Assembly (NCBI GenBank): GCA_965238075.1
Contig: OZ250173.1
Location: 1,440,001-1,504,000 of the forward strand
Origin: Candidatus Entotheonellaceae bacterium
GTDB lineage: Bacteria > Tectomicrobia > Entotheonellia > Entotheonellales > Entotheonellaceae
DNA length: 64,000 bases
Direction of reading: 5' to 3'
The notes beneath the pieces were generated by a model, which saw only the letters and a program-made list of their open reading frames with translations, ran no database searches and was not told where the DNA came from. Positions 63,278-64,000 of the stretch are shown here, piece by piece; position 1 is the first letter of the stretch; each line of letters starts with the position of its first letter. The translations under genes and the position numbers were made by a program.

Positions 63278-64000
63278 ATGCAGCAGGACACACCCCAACA
63301 ACCCGCGATCGTGGAAGGCGCCGCCTCCGGCGCCGGGCCGGATGCTTCCTGGCGCTGGCCCGAGGCGCGCTGGCGGCAGGCGGTCAACCAGGTGCGAGCC
63401 GGCAAGGCGCTGCGACCCGACGTGTGGCCCGGTGGCGCACAAGTGGCTGTGGCGCTGTCGTTCGACGTCGACCAGGAGACGTTGACGCTGCGGGACGGCA
63501 AAACGTCCCCGGCGCTCCTGGCGCAGGGCGAATACGGTTCCCGCGCCGGCCTGCCGCGCATCCTGCGGCTCATGAAGCGTTACGACATTCCGGCGAGCTT
63601 CTACGTCCCCGGAGTATCGGCGCTGTTGCACCCGGACGACGTGACGAACATTGCCGCGGCGGGCCACGAAATCGGGCTGCACGGCTGGATTCACGAGCGC
63701 AACAGCCTGCTCGAAGCGGCGGACGAGCGGGACCTGACCCGGCGCGCCGCCGAGGTGCTGGAGAAACTCACCGGCACCGCGCCCGTGGGGCTGCGTACCG
63801 CGTCTTGGGATTTTAGTGACGCCACCCTCAACATCATCCGCGACATGGGCCTGCTGTATGATTCCTCGCTGATGGGCGACGACGAGCCCTACGAAATCCT
63901 GCAGGACGGCGAGCCCACCGGCGTGGTGGAGCTGCCGGTGGAGTGGATCAAGGACGACTATCCCTACTTCGGCATGGACCGCGTGACCACCATTCGCCCG
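63278..64000 (+). CDS. Polysaccharide deacetylase (CE4) family protein, runs off the window end
   Basis: Manual translation from ATG 63278 (GGAGGG RBS): WPGGAQVAVALSFDVD, GEYG, FYVPG, GHEIGLHGWIHE, LYDSSLM. Confidence 0.9.
   Translation, partial: MQQDTPQQPAIVEGAASGAGPDASWRWPEARWRQAVNQVRAGKALRPDVWPGGAQVAVALSFDVDQETLTLRDGKTSPALLAQGEYGSRAGLPRILRLMKRYDIPASFYVPGVSALLHPDDVTNIAAAGHEIGLHGWIHERNSLLEAADERDLTRRAAEVLEKLTGTAPVGLRTASWDFSDATLNIIRDMGLLYDSSLMGDDEPYEILQDGEPTGVVELPVEWIKDDYPYFGMDRVTTIRP

Noticed and set aside
63139-63816. 225-aa plus-strand ORF
   Set aside because: Wrong frame; the real gene is the deacetylase frame from 63278, which has no stop inside the window.

Overview
GC-rich bacterial chromosomal window, densely coding and probably from a diderm (kdsB is present). 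Housekeeping genes: fused glyQS, glnS-gltX-rnz, aroC, a metB-type gene behind a SAM-II-like riboswitch, kdsB, hslO, rmuC, rimI and tatD. Acyl-CoA and heterotrophic metabolism: fused indolepyruvate:ferredoxin oxidoreductase, three CaiB/BaiF CoA-transferases, an acyl-CoA synthetase, a methylmalonyl-CoA mutase large subunit and a LarA-family racemase. Accessory DNA is heavily eroded: a mosaic of DUF499, aspartic-protease, ispA, MMPL and dxr fragments, five damaged toxin genes, IS remnants and three families of short palindromic repeats. The most interesting units are: (1) a secreted 72-aa peptide with four Asn-Pro-Cys motifs heading a Cox11-like copper chaperone plus cytochrome c cluster; (2) a glutathionylspermidine-synthase-like ATP-grasp ligase, a Tat lipoprotein with a Gly/Arg-rich tail and a DUF1517-like protein in one operon; (3) a sigma-54-promoted circularly permuted ATP-grasp/alpha-E/transglutaminase operon whose first ligase has a clean 2-bp frameshift; (4) an MmeI-like single-chain RM gene with a compositionally foreign specificity region. 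All family calls come from motif recognition by eye, not from database searches. No rRNA, tRNA or CRISPR array was seen.
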